64,000 nucleotides of DNA from Calditrichia bacterium (GTDB lineage: Bacteria > Calditrichota > Calditrichia > RBG-13-44-9 > J075): assembly GCA_028284445.1 (NCBI GenBank), contig JANQRS010000068.1, positions 205,300 through 269,299 on the forward strand, in the 5' to 3' direction. The position numbers and the translations under genes were made by a program. Below, piece by piece: positions 19,743 through 29,250 of this stretch; the stretch's first letter is position 1; each line of letters opens with the position of its first letter. Under the pieces are notes generated by a model. The model did not search any database. It had not been told where the DNA came from and saw only the letters and a program-made list of their open reading frames with translations.

Positions 19743-20550
19743 AAATGCCCAGGATTTTCGAGGTCGGACAGGTCTGTCCGATTCGCGTCATCACAAGGTC
19801 GAAATTACCGCGCGATTGAAATTCCAGATCAACATGAAAACCGTATTCGTAGGGGCTGCCCGGTATCGGGATAGATTGTATTTGCGATAAGTTGATGCTA
19901 TAGTCTCTAAATAGGCTGAGTGCATCGGCCAGGGCGCCAACCTCGTGGCGGACGCTGAAATTGACCGAGGCTTTATTGGCCTTGTCTGTGACAAGTGCCT
20001 GGCGGTCGAGAATTAGGAATCGCGTATAGTTTTCCTTGAGATTTTCGATGCCGTATTTCAAAATCTCCAGGCCATATTCTTCCGCTGCCTGTCTGCTGGC
20101 GATGGCGGCGGTTGCCGTCATTTGCCGATCGCGAACGTCGCGTGCACTTTCAGCGGTATCAAAAGTCTCGATGCCGCGCATGTACGGATGATCCTCCAGA
20201 AAGTCGCTGCACTGGTGCAGGGCCATGGGATGAGAGCGAACGGAGCGAATGTTTTCCAATCTTTGACCGGGAAGCGCCATCAGGTTTTGTTCGATGTGTA
20301 GATAAGTTTCGCCAACGATGTGCAGTGGATATTCACGCAGGAGGGACTTGTTGGGGAGGATACTGCCGACCAGGCTATTCTCAATTGCCATAATGGCGAC
20401 ATCAGCCTTCTCTTCGATCAGCGCTTTGCAAAGCTGTGTAAAGGTTTGGCAGTTACATGTTTCGACTGCCCTGCCTCCGAAAAAACGGCGCGCCGCCATA
20501 TCATGAAAAGAGGCTTCAATGCCCTGGATTGCAACAACAAGTGGTTTCAT
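19693..20550 (-). CDS. pheA: Prephenate dehydratase
   Basis: PDT domain (VAIQGIEASFHDMAA...IENSLVGS) with a conserved TRF segment (ENYTRFLIL) and a C-terminal ACT regulatory domain. Confidence 0.85.
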   Translation of the reverse strand: MKPLVVAIQGIEASFHDMAARRFFGGRAVETCNCQTFTQLCKALIEEKADVAIMAIENSLVGSILPNKSLLREYPLHIVGETYLHIEQNLMALPGQRLENIRSVRSHPMALHQCSDFLEDHPYMRGIETFDTAESARDVRDRQMTATAAIASRQAAEEYGLEILKYGIENLKENYTRFLILDRQALVTDKANKASVNFSVRHEVGALADALSLFRDYSINLSQIQSIPIPGSPYEYGFHVDLEFQSRGNFDLVMTRIGQTCPTSKILGIYEKGEKPYDYTSSQSA

Positions 20551-20611
20551 TACTTCTCGACTTTCCCCGTGGTACGGATTTGTGAACGATCCCTGCTTGC
20601 TTTTAGCGCAA

Positions 20612-20645
20612 AAAAAAAGCCCCGGGGTTTCCGGAGCCTTTCAGA
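20612..20645 (-). terminator. Terminator-like hairpin + U9 inside the pheA 5' leader (candidate attenuator)
   Basis: On the minus strand, GCUCCGG-AAAC-CCGGGGC is followed by TTTTTTTTT, 60-95 nt upstream of the pheA start codon. Confidence 0.35.
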
Positions 20646-20915
20646 GATCTATGTATTTCGCTTTTTGCTAAAGCACACCCTGTTTAAGACTCCGTAGAGC
20701 ATTAAAAAAGTAGATAAAAAAGTAAAAATAGCAGGGTGCAAAATGTGTCATGAGTTGTATATCCTTGTTAATCGCCAGAATAATACACAAGATTTTGGGC
20801 AATGTCAACGAATACCTGTGGGAATTTTGGGAAAATAATGGGGGAGTAGGGAAAAGTTGGAGTAGCGTGAGTCGGAAAGTTTTCGAGTTTGATTGAAAAC
20901 CAGAGAAAATGCCTT

Positions 20916-20965
20916 TTTACCCACCCCATGTCCCCTGCCGGGAGGGGATTTAGGGGTGGGTAAAG
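20916..20965 (-). terminator. Intrinsic terminator downstream of the carrier-protein gene
   Basis: Nested perfect inverted repeat TTTACCCACCCC...TCCCCTGCCGGGAGGGGA...GGGGTGGGTAAA about 40 nt past the stop of the ACP gene, followed on the transcribed strand by a T-rich run. Confidence 0.5.
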
Positions 20966-21003
20966 GGCTGAATGATCACTTCTGCGATCTCAGAATTGCT
21001 CTC

Positions 21004-21249
21004 TTACGCAGTTTTCTTCGAAACTAATTCGGAAATCGCTTCGATGCTGGAAAAGTTTTCCGGAATCAATTCGTTGTCGGAAACCTGAATGTTCAGATTG
21101 TCTTCAAGAAAACCAATCAACTTCATGATACCAAGTGAATCGATGATACCGGTTTCGATCAACGGATCGCTATCTGCCAATTCAGTAAAGTTCTTATCTT
21201 TTACCAGATCGGAAAGGATGAACTCTTTAATTTGATCTTTGCTGCTCAT
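21004..21249 (-). CDS. Acyl/peptidyl carrier protein
   Basis: 81 aa, acidic, with the phosphopantetheine attachment motif GIIDSLGIM. A hairpin terminator lies 40 nt downstream. Confidence 0.8.
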   Translation of the reverse strand: MSSKDQIKEFILSDLVKDKNFTELADSDPLIETGIIDSLGIMKLIGFLEDNLNIQVSDNELIPENFSSIEAISELVSKKTA

Positions 21250-21402
21250 TTTGACGTCTCCTTTTCAGGAAGTGAAACTTAAATCTATTGTGTGAATTGC
21301 TATTTCCTTTTTTGGCAACCAGCAATATAAAGTCGTTTGCAGATGAATCATATTTAATTTTTCGGCGGAAATTGTGATAAAATTAACCTGCGCCGGACTT
21401 AT

Positions 21403-22566
21403 TTAGTTTACAGGGAGGCCTGCAAACTTCGCAATGATATTGCGCAAAGTCTCGCTGGTGCCCGCCCAAATGGTGCTGGTGATGCTGTCTCTAAGATCTT
21501 GCTGGTAGGGCCAGTCAAGGAGAATACCACGCACACCAAAAATTTGTACGGCGTCCATCTGAGATTGTATATAGTTTTCCGAAACGAAAAGCTTCGTCAT
21601 GGCAGCTTCCTGCTGGAAGGGCTGGATCGATTGTCCGTCTTCCAGACGTGCAGCCATATCGTAGATGACCTGACGGGCAACGCGGTGTCGCATAACCATG
21701 TTCGCGATCTTGGTGCTGATGGCCTGATAAGAGCCGATCGGCTTGTCGTATGTTTGACGTTCCTTGCCGCGTTCTATGCACACATCTACATTCCGCGCCA
21801 TGGGGCCAAGTGCACAAGCGATGGCAACCGCTCTTTCCCAGCCGGTTGATTCGGTGAGCACTTGCAAACCGGCGCCAACGCGGCCGATGATGTGATCACG
21901 CGGCACATAGACGTTGTCGAAAATCATCTCGCCCATGCGCACTGTACGATAGCCGGTTTTTTCAAACTCACGTCCATGAGATGCGCCTTCCCAGTCCATG
22001 TCTACCATAAAAGCAGTCAAGCCGAAAGGCGAGCGCTTCTCCGAGGTTTTCGCGAAAACCAGGGCCAGATTGGAATAAGGAGAGTTGGTCAGGAAGCATT
22101 TTTTACCGTTAATCCGGTAACCGTCCCCGTCCTGAGCGGCAACCGTATCCATGCTAAATGCGTCGCTGCCGGAAACTTCTTCAGTGAAGGCGTAAGCGCA
22201 CATCGACTTGCCGGCAATCATGTCCGGGAGGAATTTTTCCTTCAGAAAATCTGAAGCAAGAAGATTAAGTGTCATTTGAATGCCGGTATGCTGATTCAAT
22301 AATGCGAAGAAGAATCCGGTATCGTGACAACCATAGCCGAGCCCTTCATAAGCTGCAACCAGTTCTGCAACGCTGCCACCGATTCCACCATATTTCTCCG
22401 GTAAACAACGGCCAAGAACACCATGTTCGCCGACAAGGCGCCAACGTTCCGGTGAAAAATCACCTGTTCTATCCCGTTCTGCCGGATCACCTTCCAGCTT
22501 CTCTTTTGCAAACTCGATATGTTGATTGCGAATCTCTTCCAGATGAGGTACTTGCCAGGGTTGCAT
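21403..22566 (-). CDS. Acyl-CoA dehydrogenase family protein (paralogue 1)
   Basis: ACAD fold throughout, including the C-terminal helical domain with the IFGVRG..L motif. The ATG start at 22566 is preferred because the GTG at 22620 lies inside a palindromic repeat element. Confidence 0.85.
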   Translation of the reverse strand: MQPWQVPHLEEIRNQHIEFAKEKLEGDPAERDRTGDFSPERWRLVGEHGVLGRCLPEKYGGIGGSVAELVAAYEGLGYGCHDTGFFFALLNQHTGIQMTLNLLASDFLKEKFLPDMIAGKSMCAYAFTEEVSGSDAFSMDTVAAQDGDGYRINGKKCFLTNSPYSNLALVFAKTSEKRSPFGLTAFMVDMDWEGASHGREFEKTGYRTVRMGEMIFDNVYVPRDHIIGRVGAGLQVLTESTGWERAVAIACALGPMARNVDVCIERGKERQTYDKPIGSYQAISTKIANMVMRHRVARQVIYDMAARLEDGQSIQPFQQEAAMTKLFVSENYIQSQMDAVQIFGVRGILLDWPYQQDLRDSITSTIWAGTSETLRNIIAKFAGLPVN

Positions 22567-22617
22567 GCTTACTACTCCGTACTTCGTTGTTAGTTGTTTG
22601 ATGTTAGTTTCCCGTGC

Positions 22618-22664
22618 CACATCCCCCTGTGTCCCCCTTCGAAGGGGGATTCAGGGGGATGTGG
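22618..22664. repeat. GC-rich nested-palindrome element, copy 2
   Basis: CACATCCCCCTGTGTCCCCCTTCGAAGGGGGATTCAGGGGGATGTG. The outer arms CACATCCCCCTG and CAGGGGGATGTG are exact reverse complements. Confidence 0.6.
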
Positions 22665-22752
22665 TCTGGATAATCTTGCCACTCCCGGATAAAAAACAAA
22701 CCCGGGGCTATCATAACTCAACCGCTCCGCGGTTTCTTGGGGTGAAAAGAAA

Positions 22753-22789
22753 ATGTTTCAATGTTTCGATGCTTCAATATTTCAATGTC
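22753..22789 (-). repeat. Octamer tandem repeat (CATTGAAR-like)x4 immediately 3' of the long ACAD gene
   Basis: Minus-strand sense reads GACATTGAAATATTGAAGCATCGAAACATTGAAACAT. The gene ends ...CGA CAT TGA, with the stop inside the first unit. Confidence 0.6.
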
Positions 22790-24503
22790 TTGTTATCACT
22801 TCTGCCTGTTCGATGTCCGAATAGACTTCGTTGCGGATGGCCGCTGCTCGGCCGTGGCCGCCAGATAAGGCTGCCGAGATGTAGCGACGGGCTATCAGCT
22901 TTTTGCGATCAAGCGTTTCTGCTTCATCCAAAACCAGGTAGCCGGTATAGAGCGAGGCATACATGTCGACAAGCTCCTTCGAGGCTACTTCTCGCAAGGC
23001 CGCATCTTCATGCTCCGCAACATAGCTCAAGCTTTCCTGAAAGATTTTGCGTAAATCGCGAAGCTGTGCTGCCAGGGGCTGTAAGTCATCGCGGTATTGC
23101 TTCTTTTCATGCTCGTCGAAGAATTTGCCGAGAGCGTCGGCAAAAACGCCTTTGGAAGATCCGATGATTTGGACCTGGGACGTACCTTCATAGATCGTCG
23201 TGATGCGCACGTCGCGAATGAGGCGTTCAACAGCCATTTCTCTCATATATCCCATGCCGCCATGCACTTGCTGGGCGTCGTAGCAAATCTTGTAGGCCGC
23301 TTCCGTGACAACATATTTCACCATTGGCGAGAGCAGATCTACGATATTTGCTGCTTCATCAAAGCGTTCTTTTTCTTCGGCGAAGGGTTCACCAGCTGCG
23401 CGAAGGCGAGCCACCTGGTCTTCCAGGCGATTGCGCAAATCCAGCCACTGCGCACCGGCGTAGAGCAGGCTGCGATGAGCCTCGATGGATACCCGCATAT
23501 CGATTAACAGATTTGCCACCGACGGCATTGTGTTGATGACTTTACCAAACTGTTTACGCTGAGCGGCATAATCCACTGCTTCGGCGTAGGCTGCTTCTGC
23601 AATACCGAGGCCCTGAGAAGCGACACTAAATCGTGCATGATTCAACACGTAGAGCACGTGAAGCAGTCCCTGACGGCGACGGCCAACGAGTTTCGCTGGT
23701 GCGTCATCGAAATACAATTCGCAGGTAGGGGAGCCGTGCAAGCCCATCTTTTCTTCAATTCGAGTTACGCGGACTTTATCGCCGCCGTGGCAGGCGAAGA
23801 GGCTGAGTCCAAAAATATTGGTTGTGTTAGGCTCGGAACGAGCAAGAACCAGGAGGACATCGCCACAGCCATTGGAGATAAAATGCTTCACGCCTTTCAA
23901 AAACCAGTTGCCTTCATCATCCTGGTAGGCTTGCAGCTTTACAGCCTGCAAGTCCGATCCGGCGCTTGGCTCAGACAAGACCATTGCACCTGTGTGTTCG
24001 CCACTGGTGTATTTAGGCAGATATTCGCTGGCGACTTCCTCGCTGCCGAAGCGAGCAATTGCTTCGCCAACGTCCTGATAACCAAACATGGTCATTAAGG
24101 ATGCATCGGCGCGGGAAATCATTTCGATCATCATCATGTAGATGGTCGCCGGAAATTCGATGCCACCGTATTTGCGGGGCAGAATAACGCCCATCAGACC
24201 GGCTTCTGCCAACTGATCCAGTGCTTCACGGGTGCCTTTTGCGTATGTGACCTTGCCGTCCTTAAAATGGGCGCCTTCGGCGTCTACTTCCATTGCCAGG
24301 GGGGCGATTACGTCGCCGGCCAGTTCACCAACCAGTTCCAGGGCAGCTTCATACAGTTCTTGTGCTTCCTGGTAATTCTGCGGTGCTTCAGGAAAATGCT
24401 CCGCTTCTTTATAGTCATGCTCTAAAATACGGACAGCCTCTTCCAGATCCAGGCGGCTGAATTGGTATTTCAGATCAGAATTATCGCTGAAAAAATTTGC
24501 CAT
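22782..24503 (-). CDS. Acyl-CoA dehydrogenase family protein with about 150-aa C-terminal extension (paralogue 2)
   Basis: 573 aa. ACAD N-terminal, middle and C-terminal domains (GGMGYMRE, IYEGTSQVQ) plus an extra C-terminal helical domain. The stop codon lies within an octamer tandem repeat. Confidence 0.85.
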   Translation of the reverse strand: MANFFSDNSDLKYQFSRLDLEEAVRILEHDYKEAEHFPEAPQNYQEAQELYEAALELVGELAGDVIAPLAMEVDAEGAHFKDGKVTYAKGTREALDQLAEAGLMGVILPRKYGGIEFPATIYMMMIEMISRADASLMTMFGYQDVGEAIARFGSEEVASEYLPKYTSGEHTGAMVLSEPSAGSDLQAVKLQAYQDDEGNWFLKGVKHFISNGCGDVLLVLARSEPNTTNIFGLSLFACHGGDKVRVTRIEEKMGLHGSPTCELYFDDAPAKLVGRRRQGLLHVLYVLNHARFSVASQGLGIAEAAYAEAVDYAAQRKQFGKVINTMPSVANLLIDMRVSIEAHRSLLYAGAQWLDLRNRLEDQVARLRAAGEPFAEEKERFDEAANIVDLLSPMVKYVVTEAAYKICYDAQQVHGGMGYMREMAVERLIRDVRITTIYEGTSQVQIIGSSKGVFADALGKFFDEHEKKQYRDDLQPLAAQLRDLRKIFQESLSYVAEHEDAALREVASKELVDMYASLYTGYLVLDEAETLDRKKLIARRYISAALSGGHGRAAAIRNEVYSDIEQAEVITRH

Positions 24504-24710
24504 AATGTCTTCTATGCTTTCTTGTTGACGATAACGCCGGCATACCTCTTTTTTCTCTCAAAAGGAGTATCCGGCGGTGATTGAATGTCCCTCTTCAATG
24601 CAATATCGACGACTTCCGGGAAAGAAGAGAGTTGAAAAAGTTGTTTGGAACGAAGTGTCAGGATAGAAAACCGGCGGTTTGCAGTCGCAAAGCCGCCGGT
24701 AAAACATCTA

Positions 24711-25946
24711 CTACCAGTAAGTTTGATCCGGTTTTGTCAGATCATTGCCAAATGCTGCCTTGCCAAGATAAAGTAAGCATTCGTCGCTGGTTGCCGGCAT
24801 CAAACCACCACAGCGGGCATCGCGATAGAAACGTTCCAGCGGAAGACGCTTGTGAATGGTTGTGCCACCGCAAAGGCGGATGGCTGCAGCGGTCAGCCAG
24901 GGACCCAGTTCACTCACCATGTATTTCGCGTGGTGAATGGCATTGTTGGCTTCCTGTGAACCGACTTTTTCGGAAACAATCTTTGCTGCCCGATAGGTTG
25001 CAACGCGGGCGGCTTCCAGCCGGGTATAAATTTCACCAACGCGATGCTGAATGCGGGTGTCTTCTGCCAGCGGGATGTCAGTACCAGGCTTCTTCTTATT
25101 GCGCAGGTATTCGACCATGAATTCGAATGCTGCTGTGCTCACACCAAGATACACGCCATTGTATCCACCAACCAGCCAGTGTGGCTCGCGGGCGATTTTG
25201 TAAAGGGCCATACCTTCGCTACCAAGGAAGAGCGCTTCTGTCGGCACAAAACAATCCTTGAAATACACGGGATTGGTTGATGTGGCGCGCATGCCCAATA
25301 CGTCCCAGGTTTCTTCGATGCGGGCATTCGGATTCTCTTTTTCTACAACCAGGAAGGAAATAGCAGGAATGTCGCCTGCGCTTTCTTCGGAGCGGGCGGC
25401 AACGACATAATAGTCGGCATAGCCGGCCATCGAGACCCAGTTCTTGACGCCGTTGATGACAAAGCCATCGTCTACGCGGCGATACATGGTTTTCAACTTG
25501 CTAAAGTGTGCACCGATTCCCGGTTCTGAGGAAGCTGAAGCAAACAATTTTTTCTCGTTCACGGATTGATCATAAACCCACTCAACGAATTTTTTCATGG
25601 TGCGGCCACGAGACCCGCCAATGCCTTCAATGTCGAGTTCAGCAAGACTACCAACGGCAATGTTGTGCATGTTGAAGGTCAATCCGGTGGATGAATCTCC
25701 AATGGCGATTTGTTCGAGGGCGCGTGTATAGGTCAGGAAATCAGCACCCATCCCACCATATTCTTTGGGAATCATGATTCCCAGCAGGCCTGCATCCTTG
25801 AGATCCTGAAAGTTCTCAACAGGGAACGACCCCTCACGGTCGTATTTTGCGGCACGCTCTTTAAACTTCTGGCCCAATTCACGGCATAATGCAATGATGT
25901 CCTCTTTTTCCTGGACTGTGGGGCCGACTGCAACTTCGTTCTGCAT
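24711..25946 (-). CDS. Acyl-CoA dehydrogenase family protein (paralogue 3)
   Basis: 411 aa with the ACAD fold (YGGMGADFLTY...; the C-terminal CGG region). Confidence 0.85.
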   Translation of the reverse strand: MQNEVAVGPTVQEKEDIIALCRELGQKFKERAAKYDREGSFPVENFQDLKDAGLLGIMIPKEYGGMGADFLTYTRALEQIAIGDSSTGLTFNMHNIAVGSLAELDIEGIGGSRGRTMKKFVEWVYDQSVNEKKLFASASSEPGIGAHFSKLKTMYRRVDDGFVINGVKNWVSMAGYADYYVVAARSEESAGDIPAISFLVVEKENPNARIEETWDVLGMRATSTNPVYFKDCFVPTEALFLGSEGMALYKIAREPHWLVGGYNGVYLGVSTAAFEFMVEYLRNKKKPGTDIPLAEDTRIQHRVGEIYTRLEAARVATYRAAKIVSEKVGSQEANNAIHHAKYMVSELGPWLTAAAIRLCGGTTIHKRLPLERFYRDARCGGLMPATSDECLLYLGKAAFGNDLTKPDQTYW

Positions 25947-26083
25947 GCGTATTCCTTTCTGCTACAGCGATTGATCTATATATATGAGATTATACTTAAT
26001 GTTGAGACTCCCTTATTGATGTTTGCAACAAAAATAGGTACCGGAATTGTGGTACTATTTGCTTCCTGCTGCTATGGCGCCGA

Positions 26084-26812
26084 CTACCTCATAGAGAAAA
26101 GATATCGGTAGTCGAACTTGTGGATGGAGCTCCATTGACTGTTCTTGATAAACACGCCACTATCCGCGACCATAATCGAGCGAAAAAATTTGTGGCGAAT
26201 ATAGTTTCGTTCATCCTGCCAGCCCTGGACCTTGTAGATCCAGCGTGCCGGGCGGTTGGACGCCCGAACATAGGCATAGGCCTTATTGTATCCTTTTTCT
26301 TTCAAGCGTTCGCGCATCAGAAAAAGTGCTTCAAACGAATTTGCGTTGCCTCGGTATTCCGGAATAAGGAAATTGTCGAACATATACAGCTCGTCACTAC
26401 GGAGCCCAATCTCATAAAAGCGCAATGCCGGATGGTTTTTCTCGACGGGAATTTGCGAATTAACCCACCACATAAAACCAACCATTTCGCCCTCATGGCG
26501 TACTGCAAAACCTTTGAAATCGTTATCCAGGTAGTTCTCGAATTTACGAATCAGCCTACCCGGCATATTTTTGTTTTCACAAAATTCTCGCAGTTGCGGC
26601 AAATAGGCGTCGTCGATATCTTCAACTGCCAGACCATTTTTCGGCTTGAATTTTGTTTCTTTGTGCAAATCCCATGAAATAATCACATCATCGATTTTTT
26701 CATAGAAAAGTGCAATTGCCCGTTCCTGCAAGGCCGTTATAACCAACTTGACGGTTTTCCCTAAGCCCAGCTCCCGGTAAAGCATAAGAACTTTGTTAAT
26801 ATTTTCCCGCAT
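26084..26812 (-). CDS. Hypothetical protein, GNAT-like acyltransferase fold (possible acyl-carrier-dependent N-acyltransferase)
   Basis: 242 aa. A central segment (EMVGFMWWV...YMFDNFLIPEYRGNANSFEALF) resembles the GNAT acyl-CoA/ACP-binding core. The assignment is tentative. Confidence 0.45.
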   Translation of the reverse strand: MRENINKVLMLYRELGLGKTVKLVITALQERAIALFYEKIDDVIISWDLHKETKFKPKNGLAVEDIDDAYLPQLREFCENKNMPGRLIRKFENYLDNDFKGFAVRHEGEMVGFMWWVNSQIPVEKNHPALRFYEIGLRSDELYMFDNFLIPEYRGNANSFEALFLMRERLKEKGYNKAYAYVRASNRPARWIYKVQGWQDERNYIRHKFFRSIMVADSGVFIKNSQWSSIHKFDYRYLFSMR

Positions 26813-26873
26813 TGACTTCCTCGTATGTAGCTGTCAATTGGAATTGAGCCCGGACCGTTGATGAGAGCAAACA

Positions 26874-28466
26874 TCATGTCTGTTCACCTTTTGCCAGAGT
26901 AGTTTTGTCAATCTTACCAGTTGACGTCTTTGGTAGCTCTTCTCTAAACTCCACTAACTCTGGCACCATATATTTCTGCAGCTTCTCGGAACAAAAAATC
27001 CTCAGGTCTGCTGCTGTCATTTCAACACCTTCGCGCAGTGCGATAAAGGCTTTGATACGATTGCCGATCAGATCATCCGGAATTGGGATGACTGCGGCTT
27101 CTTTGATGCCGTCGTGACTGTAAATTGCAGCTTCAATGTCTCCAATTTCAATCCGATATCCGCGACTTTTGATCATGTGATCCTTGCGGCCAACATAGAT
27201 GTAATCGCCGCTTTCATCGAGGATAACCAGATCTCCGGTGCGATAAATTCTCTCACTAAAATGAGACTGTGTGTGATTATTCACAAACCCTTTTTTTGTT
27301 TTCTCTTCATCGCCCCAATATCCCTGGGCAACCATTGTTCCTCTTGCAACCAGTTCGCCTTCTACACCCACTTCTGTAATTACATTGTCTTCCTTGTCAA
27401 GCGCAAATACTTCCATGTTCTCGCAACACTTGCCGATCGGGATTGGCTTGGTGCGTTCCGGATCGAGCTTTGGCGTTTTATAATAGGTAATGACGTTGGT
27501 TTCTGTGGGACCATAAAGGTTGTAATATTCCGCATTGGGAATAAAGTCCATCAGCTGGCGCAGGAATTTGACCGGGAAAACTTCGCCGGCAAAAATCAGG
27601 TAGCGCATGTCGCTGAAGTCTTGCTCTTCCAGCTTGCCGTGCAGCACCATCATCGAGAGGATGGAGGGCACCGAATACCAAACCGAGATTTTATTTTTGG
27701 CAATCCAGCCGGCAAGGCGAATCGGGAACATGCTCATGGTTTCCGGAACCAGGCAGAGCGTGGCGCCTACCTTACATGACACATAGATGTCGAGGATTGA
27801 TAGATCAAAATGCAAGGGGGCATGGCTCGAGAAGCGATCTTCGCTGGACACATCCAGCGTGGCTTCAACCCAGTTCACAAAGGTCAGGCTGTTCAAATGG
27901 GAAATCATCACGCCTTTGGGAGTACCGGTAGACCCGGAGGTGTAGAGAATGTATGCCAGGTCGGTGTTGATGCCCTTGTTTTCAGGAAGCTGATCATCCA
28001 TGCGCGAGGTTATTTCCTCCCACTGGATCAACTTAATCGGCAGTTCTTCAGCAAATTCACGGCTGTTATCGGTTAAGATGGCAACTTCCAGCGATTTTGC
28101 CTCTTCAAGCAGTCCCTTGAGCGAGGCCGCTTTGGTCGTCGAGGTAAGCAGACAGCGAATGTTGCAGTTGTCGATGATATAGGCAATTCGCTGATTCGGC
28201 GCGTTGGGATCCAGCGGAACATATGTTGCGCCGGCTTTAAGAATACTGTAGATGTTGATGATGGATGGAATCGACTTGTGGACGTAGATGCCAACCCGAT
28301 CGCCGCGCTGAACACCGTTCTCTTTCAAGGCGTTCGCCAGCTTATTGGTTAGTTTGTCCAGTTCACCATAAGTGATGGAATCATCACCAAAGACAACAGC
28401 ATCTTTTTCAGGATATTTTTTGGCAGTATTTGTCAGCAAGTGCTGCAGTTGATAAATCATTTTCAA
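26874..28466 (-). CDS. Stand-alone amino-acid adenylation enzyme (NRPS A-domain / DltA-like ANL superfamily)
   Basis: A-domain cores are present: A3 YTSGSTGTPKGV, A4 FDLS (alpha-amino-binding Asp), A5 NLYGPTE, A7 YRTGD, A8 GRKDHMIKSRGYRIEIGDIE and A10 K (KIDKT). There is no condensation or thiolation domain. Confidence 0.85.
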   Translation of the reverse strand: MKMIYQLQHLLTNTAKKYPEKDAVVFGDDSITYGELDKLTNKLANALKENGVQRGDRVGIYVHKSIPSIINIYSILKAGATYVPLDPNAPNQRIAYIIDNCNIRCLLTSTTKAASLKGLLEEAKSLEVAILTDNSREFAEELPIKLIQWEEITSRMDDQLPENKGINTDLAYILYTSGSTGTPKGVMISHLNSLTFVNWVEATLDVSSEDRFSSHAPLHFDLSILDIYVSCKVGATLCLVPETMSMFPIRLAGWIAKNKISVWYSVPSILSMMVLHGKLEEQDFSDMRYLIFAGEVFPVKFLRQLMDFIPNAEYYNLYGPTETNVITYYKTPKLDPERTKPIPIGKCCENMEVFALDKEDNVITEVGVEGELVARGTMVAQGYWGDEEKTKKGFVNNHTQSHFSERIYRTGDLVILDESGDYIYVGRKDHMIKSRGYRIEIGDIEAAIYSHDGIKEAAVIPIPDDLIGNRIKAFIALREGVEMTAADLRIFCSEKLQKYMVPELVEFREELPKTSTGKIDKTTLAKGEQT

Positions 28467-29250
28467 AATCCTCTGATTATTTATTCCCTGTCTCTACGAA
28501 CACAATCGACATCACCCTATCGGTTATGTCCTCTGGCAGCCGCTGCCTTTGTCCGCCTGCTCTTATCAAATATCCGATGCCTAGTCATCGTGTGAATCGT
28601 CTCCTCGCTGATAGGCTTATAAGTTAGCACTTAAGCCCCTGCTTTGGGTGTACTGACGATCACAATCAACAAACAAAACTATCGTCCTGATTGGCTGAAT
28701 TATTTAACCGATCTGGATAAATTTGATGAACATTTGTCTCCAGCATGTATTCGAAGCCCGGAAATACCCGATGAAGCGGGAATCCTCCTTGCGGTGCGGT
28801 AAGCGGCTGAATATTAAAAGTCTATATGCTTGAGCGAGATATTGAGCCGGTAATAAATTGAAATACCCCAGTACCCCGTTGACACAAATCAAAAAATGGG
28901 TCGGCGGTATTTTCTTTTTCATGCCTGTGCAAATATTCAGGGAACTATACCAATACAGAGCGAGTAAGATTGTGGAATTTCCTTATTATTTTTCAAAAAC
29001 TATAGATTTCGCGGAAATCAGTTTCACGAGGCGACAATGATGGGATTGTCTGGCCTGGCTGTGGCGCCTGACGCTTGCGTATTGGCGAATTTTTCATAGG
29101 CGATTCGTTAGTTTAGTCACAGCAAGAAACTGCGGAGTTGGCAAATATAAAAAGCGCCTTTTCTATGCCGCACTTGCAATTTGCCGGTGTTTGATATTAA
29201 ACTCCGTTTTCTACTGGTGTCATCGGATGGGGATACGTCTCTTGAACTTC

